Virus record (IMG/VR): IMGVR_UViG_3300041964_000068
Span: 14,515-78,514 of that record
Origin: a virus
Length of the DNA stretch: 64,000 nt
Strand: one strand, 5' to 3'
The notes under the pieces were generated by a model. It had not been told where the DNA came from. It worked only from the letters and a program-made list of their open reading frames with translations, and did not search any database. This document shows positions 51,851 to 60,299 of this stretch, one piece after another. The translations under genes and the position numbers were made by a program. Each line of letters opens with the position of its first letter. The first letter of the stretch is position 1.

Positions 51851-53187
51851 AGCTCATTAATCTCCTCGTCTAGTAAGCGAAACGCGCCAATCACATGAAC
51901 CGGAACGAGGCCGTTGCCCCTGAGCTTCGTGTAAGTCTCTGCCGTGTAGCGGGAAATTCTCGCCTTATCCTTGGATTCAGTCGAAAACGGCAGTAGATCC
52001 TCCCAGTTCATCGCTTTATGCTTTTCCTCTTTTGATAGGAAGCTGTTGAACAAGGCTGACCAACCAATTGCATGAATACGGGTATCAAGGTTGGCCTGCT
52101 CTCTCTGCCGTTTTTCCTGAAACTGAATCATCTCGAAGATCAAGCCAATGGGGCAGTCTCCAAAGTTGTCGGCATGAAAGATGGGGTCGGTGATGCCGTA
52201 GGACTGGATTCGGGCGTAATATTCTCCCCCACTCGATAACGGGGCTGTTGGCGAAGGATTCAAGCTCAGCGGTTTCTCGCTCGAAGTCTCCGCTGCGGGG
52301 GACTTTCCCTCAGCTTCAGCTTCGTCTTCGCCCGCCGCCATACCCAGTTCAGACTGATAGAAGCGGTAGATCGCGTCGATCTGCGGATCTTCGAGTTCGT
52401 CTGTGTCGCTCATCGTCCAGCCCGACTGATCTTCTAGCCAAGACATCAACCGTTGGGCGATTTTCTGAGATTCGTTCCCGTCATAGCCGTACTGCGACAG
52501 ATGACCTGCAAACTCCCGCGCATGATCCATCGAAAGCGTCGGGTTGCGGCTCTCGGTCATGCCGACTTTCTCTTTCCCGGTGTACGGGTCAATCAGGAAG
52601 CCCACGTCTTCAGCGTTAAGCAACTGCGGCAGGGGACGAGTGTAAATCCGCTCATCGCCAATCTCAGCAGGCTCCGTCACGTCGATGCGGTGCTGCCCGA
52701 ACTTAATCACATCTCCGATCGCCAGCGGGAAACGCAACGGCTCAACTGAAATATCGCTAGCTTTCGCGGAAGCTGTTTCGGTGACGGTGACGGCGTAGCC
52801 GAGGCGATGCCGGATGAACAGCGTAGCGGCTTTTTTCTTGGCGCTGCTGGAGGCGGCGAGGGTGTAATACTCCTCTTTTTCCTGCGTCGAAAGCCAGTCT
52901 TCCATCTCCTCTTGAGCCAAGATCTGAACCCCTTCAACCATGCGGGGCGAGAGCCTTGCGACCGCTTCTTTGAAGTCGATGGCCTTGCTTTGAGCGAGGC
53001 GTTTGCCCGCCGTCCGCATCAACACGATTAGCCGTGCCGTGCGCCGATCGGCCTCCTGCAAGTCGGTGGGGTTTTCTTTGGCGACAATCACGCCCCGCTT
53101 CAGCAGGTAGATGATGCCGATCTCTTCGTCGCCAATCGGGACGAACTTGGTAGCAGCGGACTTTCCGAACAGGTTGAATTTTTTCAT
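51835..53187 (-). CDS. Tail assembly chaperone G/GT with -1 slippery site GGGAAAG
   Basis: Between tail tube and TMP; G GGA AAG (Gly-Lys) at 52309-52303, the lambda G-T heptamer. Confidence 0.78.
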   Translation of the reverse strand: MKKFNLFGKSAATKFVPIGDEEIGIIYLLKRGVIVAKENPTDLQEADRRTARLIVLMRTAGKRLAQSKAIDFKEAVARLSPRMVEGVQILAQEEMEDWLSTQEKEEYYTLAASSSAKKKAATLFIRHRLGYAVTVTETASAKASDISVEPLRFPLAIGDVIKFGQHRIDVTEPAEIGDERIYTRPLPQLLNAEDVGFLIDPYTGKEKVGMTESRNPTLSMDHAREFAGHLSQYGYDGNESQKIAQRLMSWLEDQSGWTMSDTDELEDPQIDAIYRFYQSELGMAAGEDEAEAEGKSPAAETSSEKPLSLNPSPTAPLSSGGEYYARIQSYGITDPIFHADNFGDCPIGLIFEMIQFQEKRQREQANLDTRIHAIGWSALFNSFLSKEEKHKAMNWEDLLPFSTESKDKARISRYTAETYTKLRGNGLVPVHVIGAFRLLDEEINELCKNP

Positions 53188-53207
53188 GACTCAAGTAGAA
53201 GGAATTA

Positions 53208-53233
53208 GAAAAACCGGGGAAGCGCTTCCCCGG
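53208..53233 (-). terminator. Intrinsic terminator upstream of the chaperone
   Basis: CCGGGGAAG-cg-CTTCCCCGG hairpin with a T run on the - strand. Confidence 0.65.
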
Positions 53234-53259
53234 CGAAGATGTCAGCTTGCCGGAGGAAG

Positions 53260-53535
53260 TTAGGCTTTCTCGGAAGCTTTCTCAGAAGCTTTTTCGGGTA
53301 CAAGCTCAACGAGTTTGTCCGCAATCAGGCGATCGGCGGTATCTTGATCGACCTCGAATTTTTCATGAGCCTTGTGTGCCTCGACGCACTGGTTAATCTC
53401 GACGAGTGAGGCCATCGCCTTGTCATCGTCGATTGCAAACAGCGAATTGCGAGGATAAACCAAACCACCCTTGAGGTGGTCGGCTACAGGCTGTTCAGCT
53501 TTATAGATTTTTTTGAGCGCTTTTACTTGGGGCAT
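53260..53535 (-). CDS. Small virion-module hypothetical protein
   Basis: Coupled ORF; C-terminal ASEK repeats. Confidence 0.6.
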   Translation of the reverse strand: MPQVKALKKIYKAEQPVADHLKGGLVYPRNSLFAIDDDKAMASLVEINQCVEAHKAHEKFEVDQDTADRLIADKLVELVPEKASEKASEKA

Positions 53536-53789
53536 AGTCTTAGGTCAAACTCCAGATCGTCGTTTTTTGAGAACAGAACAGTGGCGGTTTCAACTTGGCG
53601 GACGCTGGGGGAAATCTTGATCTCTCCGATCAAGCGGCCTAGCGGGTCATAAACTTTCACCCATTCAGCCAGCCCCCCCTGCAAATACGCCAACCCCGTA
53701 AGAATCCGGGGTTTGGCGATTTCAGCCTCTACGTCACAGCCCACGAGGTAAATCTGAGCGGCTTCAGAAGCCACGTAATCAAGCTGCAT
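53523..53789 (-). CDS. Small virion-module hypothetical protein
   Basis: TAATG overlap with the tail tube gene. Confidence 0.6.
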   Translation of the reverse strand: MQLDYVASEAAQIYLVGCDVEAEIAKPRILTGLAYLQGGLAEWVKVYDPLGRLIGEIKISPSVRQVETATVLFSKNDDLEFDLRLCPK

Positions 53790-54709
53790 TAGAAGAAGCG
53801 GAAGGTACTGGGGACGTAAACGTAGGTTGCGCCCTGTACCTGGAAGGTGGCCTGCACCATGCGTTTGTCCTGCAATTCCCCGGATTCGGGGCCAGCAGTA
53901 ACAATCGCCACACCTTCGTGACGCTCGCCGTCAGGCATTCTCACGCGGAAGTAAAGCTCTCGGTTGTACTGCGAGTTGTCGCGAAGAATCGAGAGGATTT
54001 CATCACCGCCCAAGTCACCCGCAATCTGCTCAAAACTCACGGTCATGGTCTGAGACACGCCCGTAATCGCCTGCTCTTTACCGATACCGGAAAGCAAGGT
54101 CGTGGTTTCAATCACCTTGGGTTCAGGAGACGGAACCGGGAACGAAGTACAACCGACCACCGCGAATAGGGCTTCAGTCGTTGCGGTAGTGTTTGGTGCA
54201 ATTATCGCTGTCAGAGGGGAAACCCGAAGCTGGGTAGCGCCTTGAGGAGAGCGACCGGAAACGATGACGGTCTGAGCGCCAAAGGCTAAGCGCGTCCCCA
54301 CGTCGATCGTCGTCGGCAGCGCAGAGACGGGAAGAAGGGTCGAGCCGAGCGACAGAGCGCCGGGGTTGTAGGTGAGAACCGTGCCCGACGAGAGCGAGAA
54401 GTTGAGGGGGAAGATCGTCAGCGAAGTCGCTCCAGAGGCCGCTGCCGCTGACAGCACGACCGCCGCGCTACCCAAGGTGAGAATCGTACCCGAAGCATAG
54501 GCCGCGCCCGTCGCGCCAACGGTGAGCGTCGTTGCGCCGATCGCGGCGTCCGCGCCCAGGGTGATGTTTGCAGCCGAACCTACAGGCGTAACTGCCGTGA
54601 GGGTGTAGGTCAGCGGAGAACGAACCCCCAGCGGCAAGCGCCGAACCGATAGCTCGGTGTTGGTTGTGACCTTTACCTGACCGGGATAGTTGAGAACAGT
54701 GTTTGACAT
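53789..54709 (-). CDS. Major tail tube protein with inserted beta-rich repeats
   Basis: C-terminal ETTTL...LYFRVRMPDG...G.AIVT...ATFQVQG is tail-tube-like; GATxLxV repeats. Confidence 0.75.
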   Translation of the reverse strand: MSNTVLNYPGQVKVTTNTELSVRRLPLGVRSPLTYTLTAVTPVGSAANITLGADAAIGATTLTVGATGAAYASGTILTLGSAAVVLSAAAASGATSLTIFPLNFSLSSGTVLTYNPGALSLGSTLLPVSALPTTIDVGTRLAFGAQTVIVSGRSPQGATQLRVSPLTAIIAPNTTATTEALFAVVGCTSFPVPSPEPKVIETTTLLSGIGKEQAITGVSQTMTVSFEQIAGDLGGDEILSILRDNSQYNRELYFRVRMPDGERHEGVAIVTAGPESGELQDKRMVQATFQVQGATYVYVPSTFRFF

Positions 54710-54731
54710 ATTAGGCTTAAGCTCCAGCTAG

Positions 54732-55127
54732 CTATTGAGAAAAAAGGGGGACAACGAAGCCGTAGGGTGTGCGGTAGACAGGGAGAAGAAAAGAAGCGGT
54801 TAGGGCGGTTTCTTTTCGATACGGCAAAACGGTTTCGCGAGCGTTAGGAAACCTGCGGCGAAGCTTGATAAGCGCTTCTTCAAACAGGGCGCAGCCCGAC
54901 TCGTCTCGGTCAAACTGCACAAGGGTAAGCCGCTGCTGATAGATGGCGTTGGTGAGCTTGGTCGTGTAGCGATCGATATAGAGGTGAATGCCATTACCCC
55001 GTTGCGGAGAATCAGGCGGCAATATCCAGATCGCCTTGTCACCGCCGCGAAACGTGCCAAGCTGATCGCTGAGCAGCATTCCCAAGTCATCACGAAAGAA
55101 GGTGGCGAAGTTTTCACTGGTGTACAT
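54732..55127 (-). CDS. Putative tail terminator
   Basis: Position and size; ATG at 55127. Confidence 0.5.
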   Translation of the reverse strand: MYTSENFATFFRDDLGMLLSDQLGTFRGGDKAIWILPPDSPQRGNGIHLYIDRYTTKLTNAIYQQRLTLVQFDRDESGCALFEEALIKLRRRFPNARETVLPYRKETALTASFLLPVYRTPYGFVVPLFSQ

Positions 55128-55509
55128 AGATCTCCATCGACTGGGAATTACGCAAATCGCCTGAGTCGGTGATCGTGCGCCAAGTCGGAGATCCGGCCTG
55201 ATAGATCTTTTCGCCGCGCCCCTCAAAGCCCCAATCGTGGTTATCAATCACGTCTTGAAACTCAGTCGCCATGTATTCCGCCGTGTTGATAAAGGCGTCA
55301 GGGATGCTCATGCCCTGCCTGACGTTTCCGGCGACAAGCTGCGGCAGATCGTTTCGACCGATCGCGACATCCGTCCAGGGACGCGCCCAGACGATCTGGC
55401 CTCCTGCTGTAACTTCGCCCTCATGCACCGTGACGGCGTGATCGGCGCTGTAGGAATACTGCGCGATGATTTCTTGCGGAATTGCGGGCGGTATCCAGGT
55501 TAGTTTCAT
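55114..55509 (-). CDS. Putative HK97 gp10-like tail completion protein
   Basis: YSADHAVTVHEG...ARPW; ITDSGDLRNS. Confidence 0.65.
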   Translation of the reverse strand: MKLTWIPPAIPQEIIAQYSYSADHAVTVHEGEVTAGGQIVWARPWTDVAIGRNDLPQLVAGNVRQGMSIPDAFINTAEYMATEFQDVIDNHDWGFEGRGEKIYQAGSPTWRTITDSGDLRNSQSMEIYVHQ

Positions 55510-55934
55510 AGCTCACCTACCATCGCCTTGCTGTCCACGAAACGAAACACTCCCCGAATCGGAACGCCAATTGTGGCAAGCGTGTTCTGCAAGGGATGCC
55601 CGATCGTGTCGATCGTGAAATCGCCCTGTACAACCGCTCCGGGCAAGTCTCGCCGTTCAATTTGGGCAACCGCGCCGGGAAGTAGTTCAGCCGGAAGATT
55701 CCCGTTGGGCAGTAAGAAGCCTTCCAGGGTTGCATCCAGTTCGGCTAAGCCGCCGTACATTTTGCTAGAGGGAGTCTGTTTAATCGCTTTGACGAAAGCT
55801 TCAACCGTGACAGCGCGGGTAACGCGAGTGAGGTTGTGCGTGTTGGGGTCGGGAGCGCCGATCGCTTCTTCGACCTGAAACGTCAACGTCGCGTTGCCGG
55901 GAATTGGAATCGGAGGAATGGGCGCGAACATCAT
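55506..55934 (-). CDS. Putative head closure protein
   Basis: Position and beta-rich sequence. Confidence 0.5.
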   Translation of the reverse strand: MMFAPIPPIPIPGNATLTFQVEEAIGAPDPNTHNLTRVTRAVTVEAFVKAIKQTPSSKMYGGLAELDATLEGFLLPNGNLPAELLPGAVAQIERRDLPGAVVQGDFTIDTIGHPLQNTLATIGVPIRGVFRFVDSKAMVGEL

Positions 55935-56623
55935 GCAGCAAACCCCCTCGGTTGATAGGCTCGCAGGACGGTTAGCGAAACCTCAAGCATCGTTTCGCGG
56001 TAGTTGGCGGAAGCGGCAGGTGAATAGCTGACCGAGTACACGCCGTCTACCGTGAATTGCTGTATGCCCTGAGCAAGGCTTGATTGACCTTGCGGCAGGG
56101 CGTGAGCGTTCTGAAAGTTGAGGATGTTGGCGACCGCCTGCTTAATTGCTGTGGCCTCAGTGGAATCGGGTGGGTGAAACGCGAATCCCGAAGAGTAGGT
56201 AATCTTGACTTGAAAGTTGCCCCGGCCTGACTCCATTCCGCTTCTAAGAGCGGGATAGCTGCCAGAAGCCATCCCCGCTAAAACTTGAACTTGCCCCAGG
56301 TTTTCGTCGATCTCGTACTGGTCGGCTGTGAGCGTAGTCCAGCTTGAAGCTGGAATGTCGCGCCCAAAGTTTTGATAGTGCGGTTCGCGAATTTTAATAA
56401 CCGGAGCCGGATCGGTGAGCAAGGGATAGTTGTTCACCATGAACGTGCGATCAGCGCCCGCCGCCGTGTGAGTTTCGCTGAAGCTCCGCACCTCTAGAGG
56501 ACGGTTCGCGCCTTTAGGCGATTCAGCCAGCATTTGAGCCGATCGAATCGCCACGTTCAGCCCTTCCCCCGCGAGTTGCAGCGAGGGAAAGTAAATCTCA
56601 GCATCGGCGTCGGTCAAGATCAT
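55931..56623 (-). CDS. Head-tail adaptor (gp6/gp15-like)
   Basis: VKITYSSGF...AIKQAV...YSVSY...LRAY. Confidence 0.7.
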   Translation of the reverse strand: MILTDADAEIYFPSLQLAGEGLNVAIRSAQMLAESPKGANRPLEVRSFSETHTAAGADRTFMVNNYPLLTDPAPVIKIREPHYQNFGRDIPASSWTTLTADQYEIDENLGQVQVLAGMASGSYPALRSGMESGRGNFQVKITYSSGFAFHPPDSTEATAIKQAVANILNFQNAHALPQGQSSLAQGIQQFTVDGVYSVSYSPAASANYRETMLEVSLTVLRAYQPRGFAA

Positions 56624-56629
56624 CGCGTT

Positions 56630-57130
56630 TTACTTTTTCTGAGGGCAGTCGGAGCGGTTCTCAGGGCAGTTCGGTTCGCCCAGGTCGTTACTCGTTAGCT
56701 GATCGCCGCAAGCCTCACAGAACGGGATGCCGTTGGCTTCAAAGTACGCTGTAGAGTATTTGGGCTTAGCGTCTTCGGGCGTGGCGCTAAAGTCCGTGTG
56801 GACACCCGTTACCTGAAGGCTGGGCTGTATCAGACGGTCGCTCTGGGCGGCGACGAGATCCGTCTGAGCCTGAACTGGGCGGCGACCTTGCTGAAGTTCG
56901 GCATAGACGATATGGGTAGCGGCCTCATCCCAACTCATGCCTTCCGGCTTGACGTAGCCGATCGTATTTGCCGCGACCTGAGCTTTCTTCCAGTGCGATT
57001 TGAGTTCTTCAACGCGAGCATTGAACTCTAGTGAGTGTTCCTGCTCAGCCGAGCGCTCCATGTCTCTGCGGACATCGGCCTGAACGTCAAAACGAGCTTG
57101 ATTTTCTTCTTGTAAAGGCTGGTCGGGCAT
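56630..57130 (-). CDS. Hypothetical protein with C-terminal zinc finger
   Basis: CEACG...CPENRSDC. Confidence 0.6.
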   Translation of the reverse strand: MPDQPLQEENQARFDVQADVRRDMERSAEQEHSLEFNARVEELKSHWKKAQVAANTIGYVKPEGMSWDEAATHIVYAELQQGRRPVQAQTDLVAAQSDRLIQPSLQVTGVHTDFSATPEDAKPKYSTAYFEANGIPFCEACGDQLTSNDLGEPNCPENRSDCPQKK

Positions 57131-57167
57131 AGTTTTAAGGAATTGTGAAACGACTAGAAACGAAACA

Positions 57168-57205
57168 CCTGAAGCGGCTTAGGCGAAAGCTGAGGCCGCT
57201 TCAGG
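57168..57205. terminator. Stable hairpin downstream of the capsid gene
   Basis: CCTGAAGCGGC...GCCGCTTCAGG stem; no clear U tract. Confidence 0.5.
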
Positions 57206-57212
57206 ACAAGTA

Positions 57213-59045
57213 TTAGACTTCAGCGCGAAGGTTGCGGAATTGGATAACCCGAAGCTGCTCGCCAGTACCCGCCGTGTTTTTCACGTCAAGGCGACCGCTG
57301 TTCTCGTGCGAAGTCCAGATCATGCGGGCGCGACGACCGAAGTCGCTCATCTCGTCAAGCCGCACTTCGGGAGCCATCCCGGTACACCAGCAGATCGTGT
57401 CGCGACCGAAAGCGAAGTTCGTGTCGCAGGTTTGAGCGCCGACGCCCGTTCCAAACGTGACGGTTTGCGTTCCGGTTTCGCCGGGAGCGCCCACGCCGTA
57501 AACGTTCTGCTCGAACAGGTGGAACCCATGCCACAAACCGCGATAGCCTGACACCGTGCCGCCGTAATCGTTGCCCGTAGACATCGAGAGCATGGAGGTG
57601 ACGATGTTGTAGTCCGGCTCGATCGTCTTGGTGTTTTGAGTCACCATGAATTGAGCAAGCGAGGTCGGATTAACAATCAGGCCATAGTGCCCGTCCATGT
57701 AGGGCGGAATTTGCAGCGTCTTCATGTACGCCCGCAAGTTGATCAAGAACGTATCGGTGAGTGTTCCTTTGCTACCTGTGACCACATCAGCCGGAGCAGT
57801 TGTAACTCGATCGCCGTTGTTGTAGACGATGCGATCTGTCTCGAACCATCTGGTGTAGAGGTAGAGATCCTTGGTGGCCTGATAGTCACGCCCCAAATTG
57901 CGCTCAATGATTGCCTCCAGGTTCACTAAGCTGTATGCCTGAATGAACGTTGAAAAGCCGAGCGGTGCGTTCGTAGCATCACGACCCAAGCCGAGTTCAA
58001 GCAGCGTGACCGTCGCGTCGAGTTCTGCGACCGGATTGCTGACGGTAACAATGTCTGTTCCCGGCGTTAGCTGGCGATCGGTGAGCGCGGACGGACGAGC
58101 CATGTAGGGGTAGCGAGGCACGGCAATGTTGAGGCCGGGGCGACGACCGAGTTCAACCGCAGTATTAGCGAACTGCCAGTGAATCAAGTCGGGATAGTGC
58201 GACTCGCGAATAAAGGCGCTGAGGTACTGAAAGGCAACGCTCGGAATATCGGAGGCAAGGGTAATCGCCTGAGTATCCGGCGTTCCAAATCCGCCCCGTA
58301 GAAAGCCCTTTTCTTTGAGCGTGGCCTCTAAACCTTCGCGGATTGATTTTTGATTGCGACGAAAATACTCGTCGATCTTGCGCGTGTCCATCTGAGTCGC
58401 CGTTCCCAGCTTGTCAGATGCGACAAGCTGTTTCGGAGCCGAATCGATCAAGTTTTGGAAGTGGCGCATTTCCGCTGAGCCTTCACCCAGAACGGTAAGC
58501 TGCTGTTGAGCCTGACCGCCGCGAGGTTGCCAAGCCGATTCAAGTTGAGTGGTTCTCGACTGAGCTTGAGTAAGCTCTTGTTGAGTCTGGGTAAGCTGCT
58601 GCTGTACTTGCTGTACTTGCGCCTGCGCTTCGGCCTGGGCTTGTGCCTGAGCTTCGGCGGTTTGAGCCTGATAGCGCGATTCAAGACCTTGGACGGCTGA
58701 CTGCACCGAAGATTGAATCAGCATTTGAAGCTGTTCGGGAGACATTGCAACCACCGGAGCCGCAGCAGGCGCAGGCGTGACAGGTGCAGGAGCGGGAGCA
58801 GGCGCTTCCGGCGTGGGTGCTTCAGTTTCCGCTGAGCTTAGCGATCGAACGCCATTAGTAAGAGCGGGGGACGATGCGGCATCGCGAATGCTCTGAGTCG
58901 CGGCGGTGTCTTTCGCGCCAAACCCCAGCCGTTGTAGCTTGGCCTCCGTCGCCTGACGAATCGCATCTGCTTCGCCTACGGGCTTGCTTGACGCCGAATA
59001 TACTTGGACTGCTGGCTTACGCTTATCTGTAGTCCGCTTTGACAT
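57213..59045 (-). CDS. Major capsid protein with long N-terminal scaffold-like extension
   Basis: Pro/Ala linker and Gln-rich coiled coil, then HK97-like motifs (YGLIVNPTSLAQF, GLWHGFHLFE, FAFGRD, DFGR); upstream of the adaptor genes. Confidence 0.85.
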   Translation of the reverse strand: MSKRTTDKRKPAVQVYSASSKPVGEADAIRQATEAKLQRLGFGAKDTAATQSIRDAASSPALTNGVRSLSSAETEAPTPEAPAPAPAPVTPAPAAAPVVAMSPEQLQMLIQSSVQSAVQGLESRYQAQTAEAQAQAQAEAQAQVQQVQQQLTQTQQELTQAQSRTTQLESAWQPRGGQAQQQLTVLGEGSAEMRHFQNLIDSAPKQLVASDKLGTATQMDTRKIDEYFRRNQKSIREGLEATLKEKGFLRGGFGTPDTQAITLASDIPSVAFQYLSAFIRESHYPDLIHWQFANTAVELGRRPGLNIAVPRYPYMARPSALTDRQLTPGTDIVTVSNPVAELDATVTLLELGLGRDATNAPLGFSTFIQAYSLVNLEAIIERNLGRDYQATKDLYLYTRWFETDRIVYNNGDRVTTAPADVVTGSKGTLTDTFLINLRAYMKTLQIPPYMDGHYGLIVNPTSLAQFMVTQNTKTIEPDYNIVTSMLSMSTGNDYGGTVSGYRGLWHGFHLFEQNVYGVGAPGETGTQTVTFGTGVGAQTCDTNFAFGRDTICWCTGMAPEVRLDEMSDFGRRARMIWTSHENSGRLDVKNTAGTGEQLRVIQFRNLRAEV

Positions 59046-59481
59046 AGCAAAAAACCTCGGAATCGACCTAAAGATACAGAAGCCTAATTCTCTGAGCTAA
59101 TTGATTTCGACACTTCGAGGGCGAATCATGATTTCACAAGACAGATTGGGCTTGCTGTGGGGACAATCCGTAATTTACACGGAGCGAGCTACATTATTTG
59201 CCCGAACAACAGCAAATCAAGCCAATTGCGCCCGATCATGTCTACAAAGGCGGTGGGGCGAGTTGTGGAGTCATGGATGAGCAGTTCTGAGCTTTCGTTA
59301 AGCAGGTCAGCGATCGATCGGTATTCCCGACAGGCGATTCCGCAAGTCATTCGAGTCGCAGCGAAAGCTAGACCTGATCGAAGCGCTGATGCTGATCGAA
59401 CTGCTGCAAATTCGCCACAAGATGTTAATCGGACTGCTGCCGAAGCTCAGAAAAAATGCGCGACGATCACATTCGACGAGC

Positions 59482-60200
59482 TTAACCCTCAAGTCCGCGC
59501 GCTCCCGGCAGTCCCGGTGCAACTACGGCGCTGAGTCGATAAAGTCCTTGAATTCCGTGCTTGATGTAGTACGGCGCGATTAATTTTTGGATTTCATGGT
59601 TATCTACGCCACAAAACCAACTCAAGAACGGGAAGGCATGATGTGTAGGGCATGGTCATCGCTAAAGCCGACATACTCACCTTGCGAATCCGTGCAGGTT
59701 GGGCAAAACGTACCCGTCACGACATCATGCAACTGTCGAGCAGCGTCGAATCCGGTTGAACGTCACAGCTTCGACGAAAGCTGAGCCCGCTTGATGCGCG
59801 GTTTCGAGAGTCATAATCATGCCGCCGTTACCGTACGGCGCAAGATATCAATTGTTCTCGACATAGCTACCCGCCGAAGCCCAGACGATCGGGTCAAAGT
59901 CAGAGCCTCCCGCAGTCAGAACAGCGAGATTCGACCTCGACGATGTGCGCCTCGTGCATGTAGCCGTGTGACGCACCCACTTCATCCCAATTGTGATCGA
60001 CGCAAAACGGGATTATCCCGGAGCCATATACGCCATCTCCATCACCGCTCAGGACTCCAGCACCCGCCGCCGTGCTGCATGAGGGAGTGAGACGCTAGCC
60101 AGGATCGTGACGAGTTCGTTGGATTGATAGTTATCCATGCCCTCGGCTTGTAGCGATTAATCATGGCAAGCTGCCTTCACTCGCGGCGTCCCCATTCTCC
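59482..60200 (-). CDS. Error-ridden remnant of a probable prohead protease gene
   Basis: Reverse-strand fragments VDHNWDEVGASHG, FCPTC and IAPYYIKHG...LSAVVAPGLPGA; position upstream of the capsid gene. Confidence 0.4.
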
Positions 60201-60299
60201 AGTTCAACTCGCGGCCTGTCGTGCGGGCGATCGACTGTCAACCTGCGGAAGAAGCTCTCTTCGGGACGGAGAGGTTGAGCTTGCTTTCAACTGGGGCGT

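Noticed and set aside
41339-58700. Numerous + strand ORFs within the structural module
   Set aside because: Shadow frames antisense to well-supported - strand genes.
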